A program made the position numbers and the translations under genes. A DNA stretch of 64,000 nucleotides, taken from Octopus vulgaris. Its lineage: Eukaryota. The DNA is taken from positions 45,384,001 to 45,448,000 of the forward strand of contig OX597821.1 in NCBI GenBank assembly GCA_951406725.2. Direction: 5' to 3'. The notes below the pieces were generated by a model, which searched no databases, had not been told where the DNA came from, and saw only the letters and a list, made by a program, of their open reading frames with translations. Position 1 is the stretch's first letter; every line of letters begins with the position of its first letter. This document shows, one piece after another, positions 1-12,789 of this stretch.

Positions 1-483
1 AAATTAGTAATTATTGTTTATATGTTTTATAGTTTTTAATTTTATAACTAAGAAACATAAATTAGGTGAGAAAACAAAACGTCTATTCATTTACTTAATG
101 AATAAATCAAAAACTGAAATATTTCCATGTCAACTATTTATTTCTTGGTTAATAACTGGCGTGGGTGGGTGGGGTGATTGCTAGACCACCGGTTAAAATG
201 CCTCGTGATATTCGTCTCGGATTTCTCTGATCTGAGTCCAAATCCTATTTAGGTCACCTTTAATATTTTTTCTCTTAGGACCAGTAAAGTACCAGTACTG
301 GGATGAATTGTAGCCCATCTTTCTCTCTCAGTGTACCCGTAATTCCAAATGTACAGCCATGTCACATTGTTTCTTGTTGACTCTGAGAATAATGTTAAGG
401 GTACATGTATTTGTGGAATATTCAGCCGCCTGAACGTTAATTTTGTGAGTAAGAATTCAATTAGATGAATAATTAGATGAATA

Positions 484-892
484 GGCGTAGGAGTGGCTGT
501 GTGGTAAGTAGCTTGCTTACGAACCACATGGTTCCGGGTTCAGTCCCACTGCGTGGAACCTTGGGCAAGTGTCTTCTACTATAGCCTCGGGCCGACCAAA
601 GCCTTGTGAGTGGATTTGCTAGACGGAAACTGAAAGAAGCCCGTCGTATATATGTATATATATATGTATGTGCGTGTTTGTGTGTCTGTATTTGTCCTCC
701 CAACATCGCTTGACAACCGATGCTGGTGTGTTTACGTCCCCGTAACTTAGCGGTTCGGCAAAAAAGAGACCGATAAAATAAGTACTAGGCTTACAAAGAA
801 TAAGTCCTGGGGTCGATTTTCTCGACTAAAGGCGGTGCTCCAGCATGGCCACAGTCACATGACTGAAACAAGTAAAAGAGTAAAAAGAGTAA
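484..892 (+). mobile_element. tRNA-derived SINE family A, full length (head, central (TA)n/(TG)n, tail)
   Basis: Pol III box A (TGGCTGTGTGG) and box B (GGTTCAGTCCC), A-rich end. Near-identical copies at 9745, 37137, 50996, 61909. Confidence 0.9.
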
Positions 893-961
893 ATTGAATG
901 TCTACCGTGGAGCCCGACGGAGAATTCACGGTAATCGCAAGGTCGATTTATGAAGTGAGAG

Positions 962-1017
<56 letters not shown>

Positions 1018-1020
1018 AGG

Positions 1021-1058
<38 letters not shown>

Positions 1059-1287
1059 ACTATAGATGACTGAATTAACCACCCCAACCATCCAATTATT
1101 GTTGCTTGCTTACGGGTGATTGAGCAGCCCTAGGACCAAAGGAGTTCGAGCAGCGACTCTTGTTTTTCACATCTAATTATCATTAACATAACTTCACTGA
1201 CTCCCACCAAAATAAATAAATGAATAAAATGAAATAAAAGCAGTTTGCCAAGGGTCATTTAAAACCATATACAACCTAAGTAAAGCA

Positions 1288-1329
1288 TGATCTAATGAAG
1301 GCAAGCAAGTCGAAACTTCGAAGTCATTG
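1288..1329 (+). ncRNA. Minimal hammerhead-ribozyme-like motif, core mutated (CTAATGA)
   Basis: TGAT-CTAATGA-A-GGC-AAGCAA-GTC-GAAA-CTTCGAAG-TC-ATTG; palindromic helix III, GUC site. Confidence 0.55.
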
Positions 1330-1552
1330 GTAACGGAAATAGGACCAACAAAAATATATATACATATACATACACATACAAACATACATGCATACATACA
1401 TACATACATGCATACATACATACATACATACATACATACATACATACATACACACAGACACGTACACACATTCATATATATTTAGTGAAAGATGGTTATG
1501 ACTGGTTCATTGCGTGACTCTTCAAGTGAGGTTATAGGCCACCGGCGATTAG

Positions 1553-1610
1553 GGTCCGATGAGAAGTGTATAAAGCTAAGCGCTTTATGGACGCGAAACC
1601 CTGGTTAACC
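1553..1610 (+). ncRNA. Hammerhead-ribozyme-like motif (degenerate)
   Basis: GGT-CCGATGA-G..ATAAAGC/GCTTTAT hairpin..C-GAAA-CCCTGG-TTA-ACC. Confidence 0.45.
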
Positions 1611-1702
1611 GGCCATAACTAACATCATTCTCCAAATACTCTTCTGCTCTGTAACTTAGAGTGTATTTCTCTTCCGGATTTATGATTTACTGACAGTATA
1701 TT

Positions 1703-1743
<41 letters not shown>

Positions 1744-1744
1744 T

Positions 1745-2220
1745 CTGTCCCTCTCAAGCCTTTTTCAAAGCGTTCAAAATAATTTTTCCTTCGTTCAGGC
1801 TTAACATCCCTTAATGTTTGTGTTATTGTTATTCTCCTTGTCCTGTCTTTTACTGTTTTTATTTGTAATGCCTTTACTACTTTTACCCCTCCGCAAAAAA
1901 TCTCAAATTTTATTTTATTTGCTTTGCGGGAAGAACTGTTTCAACGAAGTCGTGTCTCGCATTTACCTTCGAAACACGGAGTGGACGAAACAGAGGTGGC
2001 TGAAGAAGGGGAATTTTCCTTGTGTTGTATGTCTTGTAGTCTGTTTTTTCGTTGTTTAAAAAAATGTCCGTTTCCTTGGTTTTGTTTTTATGATTTCGTT
2101 TCTCATTGTGTTCGACGTTTTTTGGTGTCCTGTACCCATATATGCATGTATATATTCATATAGATGTAGGTACGTACATATATATATGTATATATGCATA
2201 TGTTTTATTCATTATTTTGC
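1745..2220 (+). repeat. Unclassified interspersed repeat flanked by (TA)n, related to 18840-19350
   Basis: Both copies share a CCGCAAA...TTTGCGG hairpin, CGAAA..GGAGT..CTGANGAAGGG and a T-rich tail ending GTCCTGTA. Confidence 0.6.
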
Positions 2221-2264
<44 letters not shown>

Positions 2265-2531
2265 TTCCGTGCGAGTTAGAGGTTGAGAAACCAACTAAGG
2301 TATAGTACCTATCCAATATACTTCTGGTAGTGTACCTAATATATTACGGGAAGTCTTTATCTTATTTCTCCATGCTATGCCCAAATGATTGTACTATAAT
2401 GTACTCAACTTGTATTCTTGTGCTTGCTCTTACTATTATTCTGATTCTACTCTATTTAAAAGGATAAACCCACTTTAGCTATTCTTAACTTTTATGTGTT
2501 ACCCCACCCCACCACCACCAACCACTTAGAC

Positions 2532-2654
2532 CCTCTGAAGAGGTGTAGGGGCATACCCATTTTCCAAGCATTGTTTGCTCATACCTGCATCACGCTGAAA
2601 ATCTGGAGAAAATCTGGAAGATTTTGTTGCCTCTTGGCAGAAACGGCCGTAAGG
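2532..2654 (+). ncRNA. Type I hammerhead-like motif with long helix II region
   Basis: CCT-CTGAAGA-(~98 nt)-GAAA-C-GGCC-G-TA-AGG. Helix I CCT/AGG, palindromic CGGCCG helix III; base of helix II is imperfect. Confidence 0.6.
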
Positions 2655-2852
2655 AACTAGCACCTGCACACCCATTCAGTTTATTGCTCTTTTGTTCAAT
2701 TGCTCATTCATTTCTATATGCTTATATGTTCTCACTCCCTTAACTCATACATATGTGTATAGTCATCCAGTACATTTGAATAAATAGACATACTGGAATG
2801 TTTACAGGCTGATGTCTGTCGATTTTATATCCTCTCCTTTTTTTTATTTGCC

Positions 2853-2890
<38 letters not shown>

Positions 2891-5689
2891 TGTATAGAGA
2901 TATTTCCTATTTGATACCAAATTCGCTCTGTAATATTTTAATCAGATTTTACTTGTTTCACATTAATATACTTATCATGTTGAATTTCTGAGATACGGCA
3001 TTATCATCATCATACACTAATTTATCCAGACTGCTGATCCTCTTATTTTGGTAGGTATATAGTGGCAACGTTTCGGCTGTAATACCTTCTGGCCGTCTGC
3101 ATGTGTTTGTCATATGCGGTAATGTTCTCAGAATTCCGAGTCAAGTTCTTTATTTAAAGCTTGTGGGCAGATTTTTCTCATTCTGTTGTTCATTGTAGTT
3201 ATTCTTCTATTTGTGATGCTACTTACATTTTCTTCAGATTGAATGAAGAAAATTAGCGAATAAGAGAAATACTCCACTTCACTCTGTAGATCAATTAAAA
3301 AGGTTTTGTTGGAAATTCCACGTAGATTATCAAGCGTGCGAGATCCTTGAAGAAAGCCGGAACGTTATGACTATAACTACTAAGATAAGGAAACTAGTTT
3401 GAATATGTTCGTATTTAGTAATAATTTATTCATATCTAGAAAAGGGTGATTTCTCAAGAAAAGAAACCCCTTATACTGGTTTAAAATACTTCACATCGAA
3501 GTAAAAACATTATTAAATCTAAATGTATAAGACTCATTTGCGTTTCTCACGACGAGTGATGAGGGAGTATCTGCAACTCAATGCAGAACTGATATTGTAA
3601 AGGACATCGGTCACAAAGCACACTGTATTTGTCAACCAGGGCTATAGTAAAAAAACATTTACCCAAGGCGTCGCAGGGTAATCAAATCCAGGACCTGTGT
3701 CTGTGTAGTGAAATTCTTTTCCACACAGTCAAATTCCCTTGTAAAAGAAAAATGACCAACAGATTAAAAAGGTGTCCAGTTATATTCTTTTTACTTTAAC
3801 TGCTGCGCTGCACTTCGAGCCTTCCTTGAATGGATACAGGAATATACCGGGAAGGAGCTGCTGGTTTATCACTGAGCTCTTGTATATTTCAGGAGAAAGA
3901 GATTCAGTGAGAGGTATCCCATAGCCTTTTTCTCTCAGAAGAAGGGTAAACAGACAGACACACAGACAGAAAGAGAGAGACAAAGAAGAACTGGCCCCTC
4001 TAAGCGAGCAAAGAGCCTGAAGAAATGTCGCAAAGTAGTCTATTCGACTCTCTAACCACTTACTGTATTTATCAGTACTATACTGAAGTCGATTTAATCA
4101 TCTCTGCCGACTTAACTGAAGAAGTTGGTTTCATGCTTACAAAAGAAAGACATTAATATTTCAAAAACATCATATTTATATATAATGAGTGTGAGTGTGT
4201 GCGTGGGGGAGAGATGGTGTTTTTATATTTCTAATAACTTTACTAAATATGAGGAAGACTATTGAATAAATCAATAATGAAAAAAAACGGCGACAGCTTA
4301 ATTAATTCTGGTTATCACAGTTAATTTGTAGTAGCTGAATTGTGTTGATTGATTTCATTACTATTAACATGGATAAATAAAATCTCGATAAGACCTGTTT
4401 CATAACCAGGTTATTTCCGAGTTCGATCTCTCTAAGTGACACCTTAGACAACTGTCTTCTACCGTAACCTCGAGTTAACCAAAGTTTGTGGAATTTGGTA
4501 GATAGAAATGGTGTGGATGCCCTTAGGATGGGTCTAGCCTGTTTCTGTGCGGTTAACTTAATCCGCTACTAGGTATAACACCATCACCAAATCTTATTGG
4601 AATTCACCCTGCTGCAATAATTAGGGCCAGGTCATATACCTGTGAATAACTTGCTTCCTTAAACGAATCATGAGCACCACATTTCCTCTAATTAATTAAA
4701 AACACAAACATTGTAGTCGAACTAACAACTGGTAGTTCAACAATTCGCTTTTATGGCATGGATTCTGTGCTGTGACCTTGACCTAGCAAGCTCTCGTCAT
4801 AAATACTCGTAGGTACAATTGATAAGTGCAGAATAACGTTCTATAATTGTCAAATGATTTCACAGACTGCAGTATTGAGTTCTAATGCTTTTATAAATAA
4901 AGAGAAAGGAGGGATCGTCTTCTATAGGCTGATTTGTTCTAGAACAGCTATATAAAGTAGAGCCCCCATGAGCAAATGAGCTAGCTACGTGACCCATCTC
5001 TATTCGTTCATTATAAGTTAGCTTTAAGAGCAGTATAGGTCTTTAAAAGCAGAACGAAATTGTTTCCGCTTTCAAGTAAGCTAAGAATAGAAGAGAACAA
5101 TGTGAATTATCGGTTTTTGTGTCATCATTCACAATCAGGTTGAAAGTCAGATGCTAATCGATAGATAAAGGCGTATTGCATTTTCCTAGTGGGATAACTT
5201 GTAATTATGTGACGTGAAAAATGTTTAATGGCTGTCTTGTAATCTTATTTCAGCAGAGTCTAAAGAAATAAATTGCACTGCTTCGAGGACATGACATAAT
5301 AATATATGACACACGAAAATAGTGTCATTATTTATACATTTACAGCATTAAACAGTAAGATTTTATGACAAGGAATACAACTCTTAAGTAAACAGTAATG
5401 TAAGTTATTTCACAAGTGTTTATCTCACAGTTTATCATAATCGAACACACTTAAGAGATCAAATAGCTTTCAGTCGTGATCATACCGTTTATTTTCCCAA
5501 GCAAAATGTATATCTAGGACTCTAATATCCAGTGTTCTTTTTTATTTTAGAAAAGAAAAAAAAGGGGAGAGGTAATTTAAATGCAATTTGAGAAATTTGA
5601 TGCTACTTCTAACAGAACAAACAATTTTGTACAAGCTCTGTTGAACTATAATGCTGATAAATATAGAGTGAAAACTTGTTTGAAGTTAA

Positions 5690-6481
5690 TCCTTTGGCAG
5701 GCAGAACGATATTTTGGTCGTTTTTGCCGTAGATCAATGTAAGGCATTTTCCTATTGTCTGATCATTGAATTTTAAATATTAATGTGTCGAAGCATCACT
5801 AGAGGGCTCCACTTCATACATTCCTGCTGAATTTCCGTGATATGCATGTCGTGTCATGAAAACATAGTTAGAATGTACATTAATAGATTTAGGTGCTCAA
5901 AAGCGATAGGTGGCATTCAGTGGTTTACGTCGTTCTCTTCGTAAGAGGTGGTCTTCGTTTGATGAGGATAAAATATTTGATATTCCAGAAGAGTACAGTA
6001 ACAACGACAAATCAAGGTAATAGAGATGACCTTGATTTGTTTAATTTTCATGATTCAGGTATCGATTCAGATGACGAATATAATGCATGTGTAAGCGATA
6101 TAGATAATGTGGGTATGCACGTATATAGTAGCGCTGAGTCTGGTTGTGGGAATGAATTGCACGATGGTGATAACTCTGAAAAGGCAGATCATGTCCCTGC
6201 AGATGACCGGACATGTGTAAGCGACCTGCAAAATGACAAATCCCTACTATAAATAATTTTGCCGGTCAATGTGCTATATGGACACGAGCTGGGGTTAGAC
6301 TTGTTTATTAATTTGATCGTTTATTTATTCATTTATTTAATTAATTATTTTGCGGCTTGGCCTTTGCTTTGACCTAGCACTTGTTTTGGTCTTCATTTTG
6401 GAGTTATCTTTTGACAAAAACCAATAAATTCGTCCACTCCACAAATTAAAAAAACAAACAAACTATCTGCCTGTCGAAAGA
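5690..6481 (+). mobile_element. Non-autonomous piggyBac-type element with acidic ORF remnant (5893-6252)
   Basis: TTAA at 5686-5689 and 6482-6485; imperfect TIRs TCCTTTGGCAGGCAGA / TCTGCCTGTCGAAAGA. D/E/S-rich ORF resembles piggyBac transposase N-termini. Confidence 0.7.
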
Positions 6482-8341
6482 TTAAGGTCTAAATATATAT
6501 CTACAACTGCAAGCTTGTTAGAATTTAGGGTGCAAGGTATAACAATCGCAATATATTTTTAACTTGAAACTATCCACTCGTCACACCGAGGCACAGAATA
6601 ATTTTTATAACATAGGTCATTAAATATAAATGAATAGAAAATATATATTATTTTACAGCTATTGTCGCTATCTTGCCGTATTTGAAACTACAAACGGGAC
6701 AGAATTAGAAACATAGAAAGTTAATTGTGTTGTGTATGTTAGAGTATTTTACAAGTCCTATAAATCTTACAGTAGTTGATTAGCAACTAATTAAGTTGAA
6801 GATAGGATAAGGCTTACTTATGTGTGAGGTGGTATCTGAACGTTAGTTTTGAAGCTACTGAATTAGTGAAGAATCAAATATTGTAAAATTCCCACCATTT
6901 TTACATACACACCATGCAAGTATAACAGAGAATATTTAAAGTTTAATGAATATTTACAGTTTAATGTATAGAACACAAAATTAAATATTTAGTGGTAATA
7001 CTGATAATATAATTATTAGAGCAATTTAATTATTAATTAAACTGAAATTGACGATAATGTTTTAATTGATTTCTGTTTACAATGTTTATATATCATTGAC
7101 TTTTGTTCATCATTTAAGATACGTGTTCAATGTTGTTTTTAAAACAATTAATTTTGTGATGTACTGCTTTCTTAGATCTCTTATATCAGACATCTGAAGG
7201 AATTTGAGTCCTGGTTCAGAGGTTTTTATAGTTTTGACCCGGACCAAAATTTGAAATGCAAACTACATTCACTTGTATAGATCATGATGAAACTAATGAC
7301 CCTGTGAAGACATCTAACATTCTATTTTGAACTAATGAATCTACAGCTGCTCGACTAATAACGACTACTTTCCGATTTGACTTTAATATTTCAGAAACTT
7401 ATCCGACTTCTATAACATCTACTTACAAAAGAATCTGTTGATTTGAAATACTGTATTGTATAATAAAACATTATTAGATCGAGCCCCCATATCAGTTTTT
7501 GCCTTTGTAAGAAACCATTTTATTTCAATTAATGTAGCCAGTACTCTTTAAGTATTAAGCCTTAGAGAAGTACAAATCGTTTTCAATATAGTGATAATTT
7601 AATTTCCTCTTTAAAGACCTTCTATATATAATATAGTGGTGGTTGATAACAGAATAACAATTACTCACACAAAAACAAACTTCACCAATACAGAATACTG
7701 AGTCAGTCATAAAATTATTCGATATTCTTGTCTGCACGCATTGGTTTATTGGACCATAAAACATATACTATTACTTGTTAACATTAGTAAGTCATAGATC
7801 TGGTATAGATTGGAGATTGTTTATGGGATCTTATAAAGTTGAAGTCGAAAAGTAGATGCAAGACAATTATAATTCATGGAAATAAGTAACTTCTGTATTT
7901 TAGAGTCAATAAATGTTAAAATAGTTCACGTTTATGCTTTAAGGAACTTGTTCGTGGAAAGACAGTGGCAATTGATGGCAGCTTCTAACAAAGATTTACA
8001 GATAAACTGTTTCCAAGTTACTTGAACACCTTTGGTGAAAAGAGAAGAATCAAAAGCACTCTGAGTATGAGAATGAATGGTGCCATCTAAGATTAAAAGG
8101 CACAGCTAAGATTAAGTGGTACCACCTATGATTGAACGTGTCTAACTATTGCATAGCATCTAACATTGCTTATCTTCCTAAATATAAAATTGATATTTTA
8201 AAGAACTTTAGAAACACAGTAAATTGACTTGTTGAGCTAGAATCAAGAGATTGCTTAAACTATCTGAGACTTCTTTTGTCAATCAATATTAATATCATTA
8301 TTTCTATAACAATAATATAGACGTCTTTTTCTCTATTTCAG

Positions 8342-8489
8342 ATGGAACCGTCGTCTCCATTGACTGCATCGAATAGTTCGGCTGACTTAAGGGACGTTTT
8401 CCATATAAAGAACGTTGGCTATGATGTGGTATTATCCAGGGCCAATAATACAGTTAGCTGGACTCCGATGTCATTGAATCCCGAAGCAG
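8342..8489 (+). CDS. CERKL: Ceramide kinase-like gene, first coding exon (MEPSSPLTASNSSADLRDVFHIKNVGYDVVLSRANNTVSWTPMSLNPEA), start of PH-like domain
   Basis: Polypyrimidine tract and tttcag acceptor directly before ATG; donor G|gtatgt (phase 1). LRDVFHI..YDVVLS...SWTP resembles human CERKL LRGIFEI..CDVVLS...RWRP as recalled. Splices in frame to 38589. Confidence 0.85.
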
Positions 8490-9607
8490 GTATGTTAATG
8501 AACAACTGATAGTATTTTATGAGTATCTTTCTTTCATATATCAGACAGATTTTATATCTGGAGAAAACAACATCAAAGGACATTAGATGACGTGTGAAAT
8601 AGAGAAGCTGCTGTAGTTTTTCCCCAAGTAATGTGAACGGAAACAATTATTCTATGTTGGTGTTTGAATATATGTAAAGGCAGAATAAAGAGCTGAGTAA
8701 AACATGAATGTCATTACTACTATAAGCGACTTATTCAGGTTTATATATCACAACAAATTTTCTGGCACTGAGAAAATTGACTAGTTCTATAAAGGAAATA
8801 TGATTAGTTTTCTTCTGAAGGAATATTTATAAAATTCAACATAGTAGAATTAGATTATTGGGAAATTGATCATTCAAACGCTTTTGAAGTTAAATACATT
8901 GTGTTCTGCGAATATTCCTTCGTCCAGTTATAAATTAACATAAAAGTACCTCCAAGAAATCTCGTGCTAGTACATCTCTGACAATGAAGACAATGGATTT
9001 GGAGAAAATGTTAAATGAGAGAAAATGTATTTAAACATATTTGTATTTTTATACGCGAAATGTATGGACAGCGAAGAAGCATGTTCTGGTTATATTGAAG
9101 CCGAGGAGCCGTCAATAAAGTACTAATTAGAATATCTTGGTCACTAACCATATTCTCTTGTTACATTTGAATTTTGATCAAAATGTCCTATTCTTGATGA
9201 GTGTATCTATTTTTATGAGCGTATTTTGGTCTAATACCATTATATTGTTCATATTTTAATGGTTTCGTGAGAAAGGTAGCATCCACAATACTTTTTAGAG
9301 ACAGAAGGTGGATGTTATTCTTAGCACTGAGATCTGGTCCAAATGCTTGCTACAGAATATAATCTTTAAGAGGCAATGTAAACTCAGGAGAACTGAACTT
9401 CTACGAAAACGCAGAAAATAGCAAAATTGGTTGAAGGAATCTCCAGGTCTCTCGGTACTATCTAACTAAGCGTGTGCTCAGGCCATAAAACATCATGCCA
9501 CATGTTTATCTTACATCATGGCTTCTAACCGAGTATTAATGGCATGTTGCCACCTACATCAGTTGCTCCCACCGATCTGCCGCTACCGACTTCGAAGCTA
9601 CTTATAT

Positions 9608-9744
<137 letters not shown>

Positions 9745-10133
9745 GGCGCAGGCGTGACTGCGTAGTAAGAAGCTTGCTTCCCAGTCACTTGATATTAGGT
9801 TCAGTCTCATTGCGTGGCACCTTGGGCAAGTGTCTTTTACTATAGCCTCGGGCCAACCAAAGCCCCATAAGTGGATTTGCTTGATGGAAACTGAAAAGAA
9901 GTCCATCGCAAATGTATATATGAATTTATGTGTGTGTGCTTTTGTGTCTGTGTTTGTACTATCATTTGACAATCGAAGGTGGTGTGTTTACGTCCCCGTA
10001 ACTTAGCGGTTCGCAAAAGATACCGATACAATAAGTACTAGGCTTACAAAGAATATGTCCTGGAGTCGATTTCTTCCACTAAAACCCTTTAAGGTGGTGC
10101 TGCAGCATGGCCACAGCCAAATGAATAAAAGAA
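9745..10133 (+). mobile_element. SINE family A copy
   Basis: Colinear with 484-892, more diverged. Confidence 0.88.
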
Positions 10134-10174
10134 TACACACACACACAAACACACACACTCACACACATACATAT

Positions 10175-10905
10175 ACAAGGTGTTCAAGAGCTCGCGTGAG
10201 AAATAGCACAAGCTTTTCTCTCAAGGATAGACCATATGCCAAAGTCCATCGGATTCAGGTCGGGTGAAGAGGCGGGTTAGAACTCTTTCGACCAGAACGC
10301 CTTGAAATTCTCTTGACACCATTCTTGGACATTTTTAGCCGTATGCGATGTTGCGCCATGTTGTTGGAGAGTTACACCTTCATTCCCCATTGTAGCAATG
10401 ATCTAAGGGACTACTTTATTCTTTAACATGTCCAAATAAACGTGTTGCTTGATTTTTACACCCTCTTCAATGAAAATTAGAAGGGTTTTCATGCCATTTG
10501 AGGTCACATCCGCCCACACCATAACGGTTGCAAGTTTTTGCCGCCGAAAAGATCATCTTTGTTTGACATGAATGTCCTCTTTATTTACTGCATATATATA
10601 TGATCATTTTGTGGATTGTGGCATCCTTGCACACCGAATAACTTTTCAACTATGTACAGTAGTGGTAGCTGCATGCCATCTCTCTGCTTTTGCAGAAGAA
10701 GCTTTGCACTTAGCAGTTTTTTTTTTCTTTGTGGCTTCAGACAAAAGATGTACTTTTGATATCTTGTATGGGAATACTTGAAGAACAATTTTCAACAAAT
10801 GCATAGTTCCATAGCTTGCACCAGCTTCTGAAGCGAGTTTTCTGATGCTTCTTTTTTGGTTACGCTTGATCTTTTCTTTGGTGTTTTTGATGAAATCCAG
10901 TATTA
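10175..10905 (-). mobile_element. Degraded Tc1/mariner transposase (maT/DD37D-like)
   Basis: Minus-strand remnants SIRKLASEAGASYGT (HTH), VMVWADVTSNG, QQHGATSH and SPDLNPMDFGIWSILE, with frameshifts. Confidence 0.8.
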
Positions 10906-11287
10906 TGTCCATTAGATGATAGAGGTAATGCTAAGTCAGTAGTATTCGAAGCGGAATTCACCTCAAGAACACCAAAATGCTCGGGGATAGAGAATGTATG
11001 TACGAGAATGGTTTCAAGAAAAGTTTTATAATTATAAGTTATCATTCAGGTGCCCATACAAAAGAAATGTCACAAAATTAGCAAACCACATCGGGAAACT
11101 AAGATATAGTATTAACGCTTATAGCATTAAATGTAAGGTCCTTGACAGATCAAAGAAATTCAGCCTCTCTGTAGCAGAATGAGTACATATCCAGAAAAGT
11201 AGGAGAGTTACAACTGCTATTTAAATTCCAGAATTCAGCATTTCAGTTAATGTATCTATCGTGACAAGTTTATCCAATCCAATTGCG

Positions 11288-11564
<277 letters not shown>

Positions 11565-11712
11565 ATATGTAATGGTTTGTAGGTGTCTGGATCTAGTTCC
11601 AGAGAAGCATCTAGGAAGATGACACACACACACACACACATATACATGCACTCACACACACATACACACACACTCACACACACACACACACACATACACA
11701 CACATACTCATT

Positions 11713-11922
11713 TACAGGGTGTCCATGAATTACATTTACAATTTGAAAAGTTCAGAAAAAATATGAAAATCAAGGATAACTCGGCAAAGTTTATCAGAAA
11801 ACAGGCAAACAAATAAACAGAACACTTCCACAGTTGGTTGTACGCAACATATCATCTAGACGATCTCAACTTTGATAGATACAAGAAATTGTGAAAATTG
11901 TAAAGGTAATTTATAAACATAC
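11713..11922. mobile_element. Tc1/mariner-type MITE (degenerate)
   Basis: ta-CAGGGTGTCCATGAATTACATTTACAATT at left; partly complementary AATTGTAAAGGTAATTTATAAACA at right. Confidence 0.55.
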
Positions 11923-11940
11923 ACACATACATATATACTT

Positions 11941-12373
11941 GGATCTTTTCGGTTTGACCGGCAGTTTTTTTCTAGCGGTGTCATTTGAAATTGTCACCCA
12001 TAATTATGACCCTAGTATCGATCTATTGCATTTCAATCTGTTTTAGGGTTAGGGTTAGAGTTAGGGTTAGGGGTGGGGGTGGGAGGAAGGGTATCTTTTT
12101 TTCTTCAGAAATGTAAATAAACCAAATCTGTTTCTTAAACGATATATTCATACGGCACAGAATGTTTTCACCTCAATTGACGTCATTGATTGGTTGAAAT
12201 TGCAGAAATTGAAGGAAAAAAAAACAACAAATATCTTACAAACCATAGAATTTTCTCAATATAGCCAAGAGAAAAAGATGTTTTATAAACAAATTCTACC
12301 AGTATACGAAGTTTAAAAGTGTTTAGTTACCTAGAAATTATGTTAAAAACTGCCGGTCAAACCGAAAAGATCC
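11941..12373. mobile_element. MITE with perfect 29-bp TIRs, 8-bp TSD and internal (TTAGGG)n
   Basis: TIR GGATCTTTTCGGTTTGACCGGCAGTTTTT at both ends; ATATACTT duplicated at 11933-11940 and 12374-12381. Confidence 0.93.
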
Positions 12374-12607
12374 ATATACTTACTTACATGATTGTATGAG
12401 CATTTGAGTATGTATTGTATGTACTTATGTATGCATGTGTATCTCTCTCTCTCTTTCTCTCTCTACATACATACATGTGTGCCTGTATGTATATAAATCT
12501 ATGTATCTCTATGCACGCCTGTTGGTGTATATGCATGAATGTGTGCTGGTATATGCATACGTCTGTGTGTATGTGAATGTGCAGCATGCCTCTGTGAATG
12601 TGTATGA

Positions 12608-12712
12608 CAGAGAGTAGAGAAGAGAACAGAAGAGAGAGAGAGAGAGAGAAGAGAAGAGAAGAGAGAGAGAAGAGAAGAGAGAGAGAAGAGAAGAGAAGAG
12701 AGAGAGAAGAGA

Positions 12713-12788
<76 letters not shown>
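12608..12788. repeat. (GA)n/(GAGAA)n purine microsatellite
   Basis: Directly visible. Confidence 0.95.

Positions 12789-12789
<1 letters not shown>

Noticed and set aside
484-560. tRNA gene
   Set aside because: Box A/B are present but there is no complete cloverleaf; it is the head of a multi-copy SINE.
5893-6252. 119-aa acidic ORF with a DSGIDS (beta-TrCP degron-like) motif as a host exon
   Set aside because: It lies inside a TTAA-flanked TIR element, starts at GTG and has no evident in-frame donor; better explained as a transposase N-terminal remnant.
8880-9560. Possible very old LINE remnant
   Set aside because: Only vague motif resemblance; cannot be supported by eye.
12043-12071. Interstitial telomere or chromosome fusion scar
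   Set aside because: Only about 5 hexamers, internal to a TIR element.
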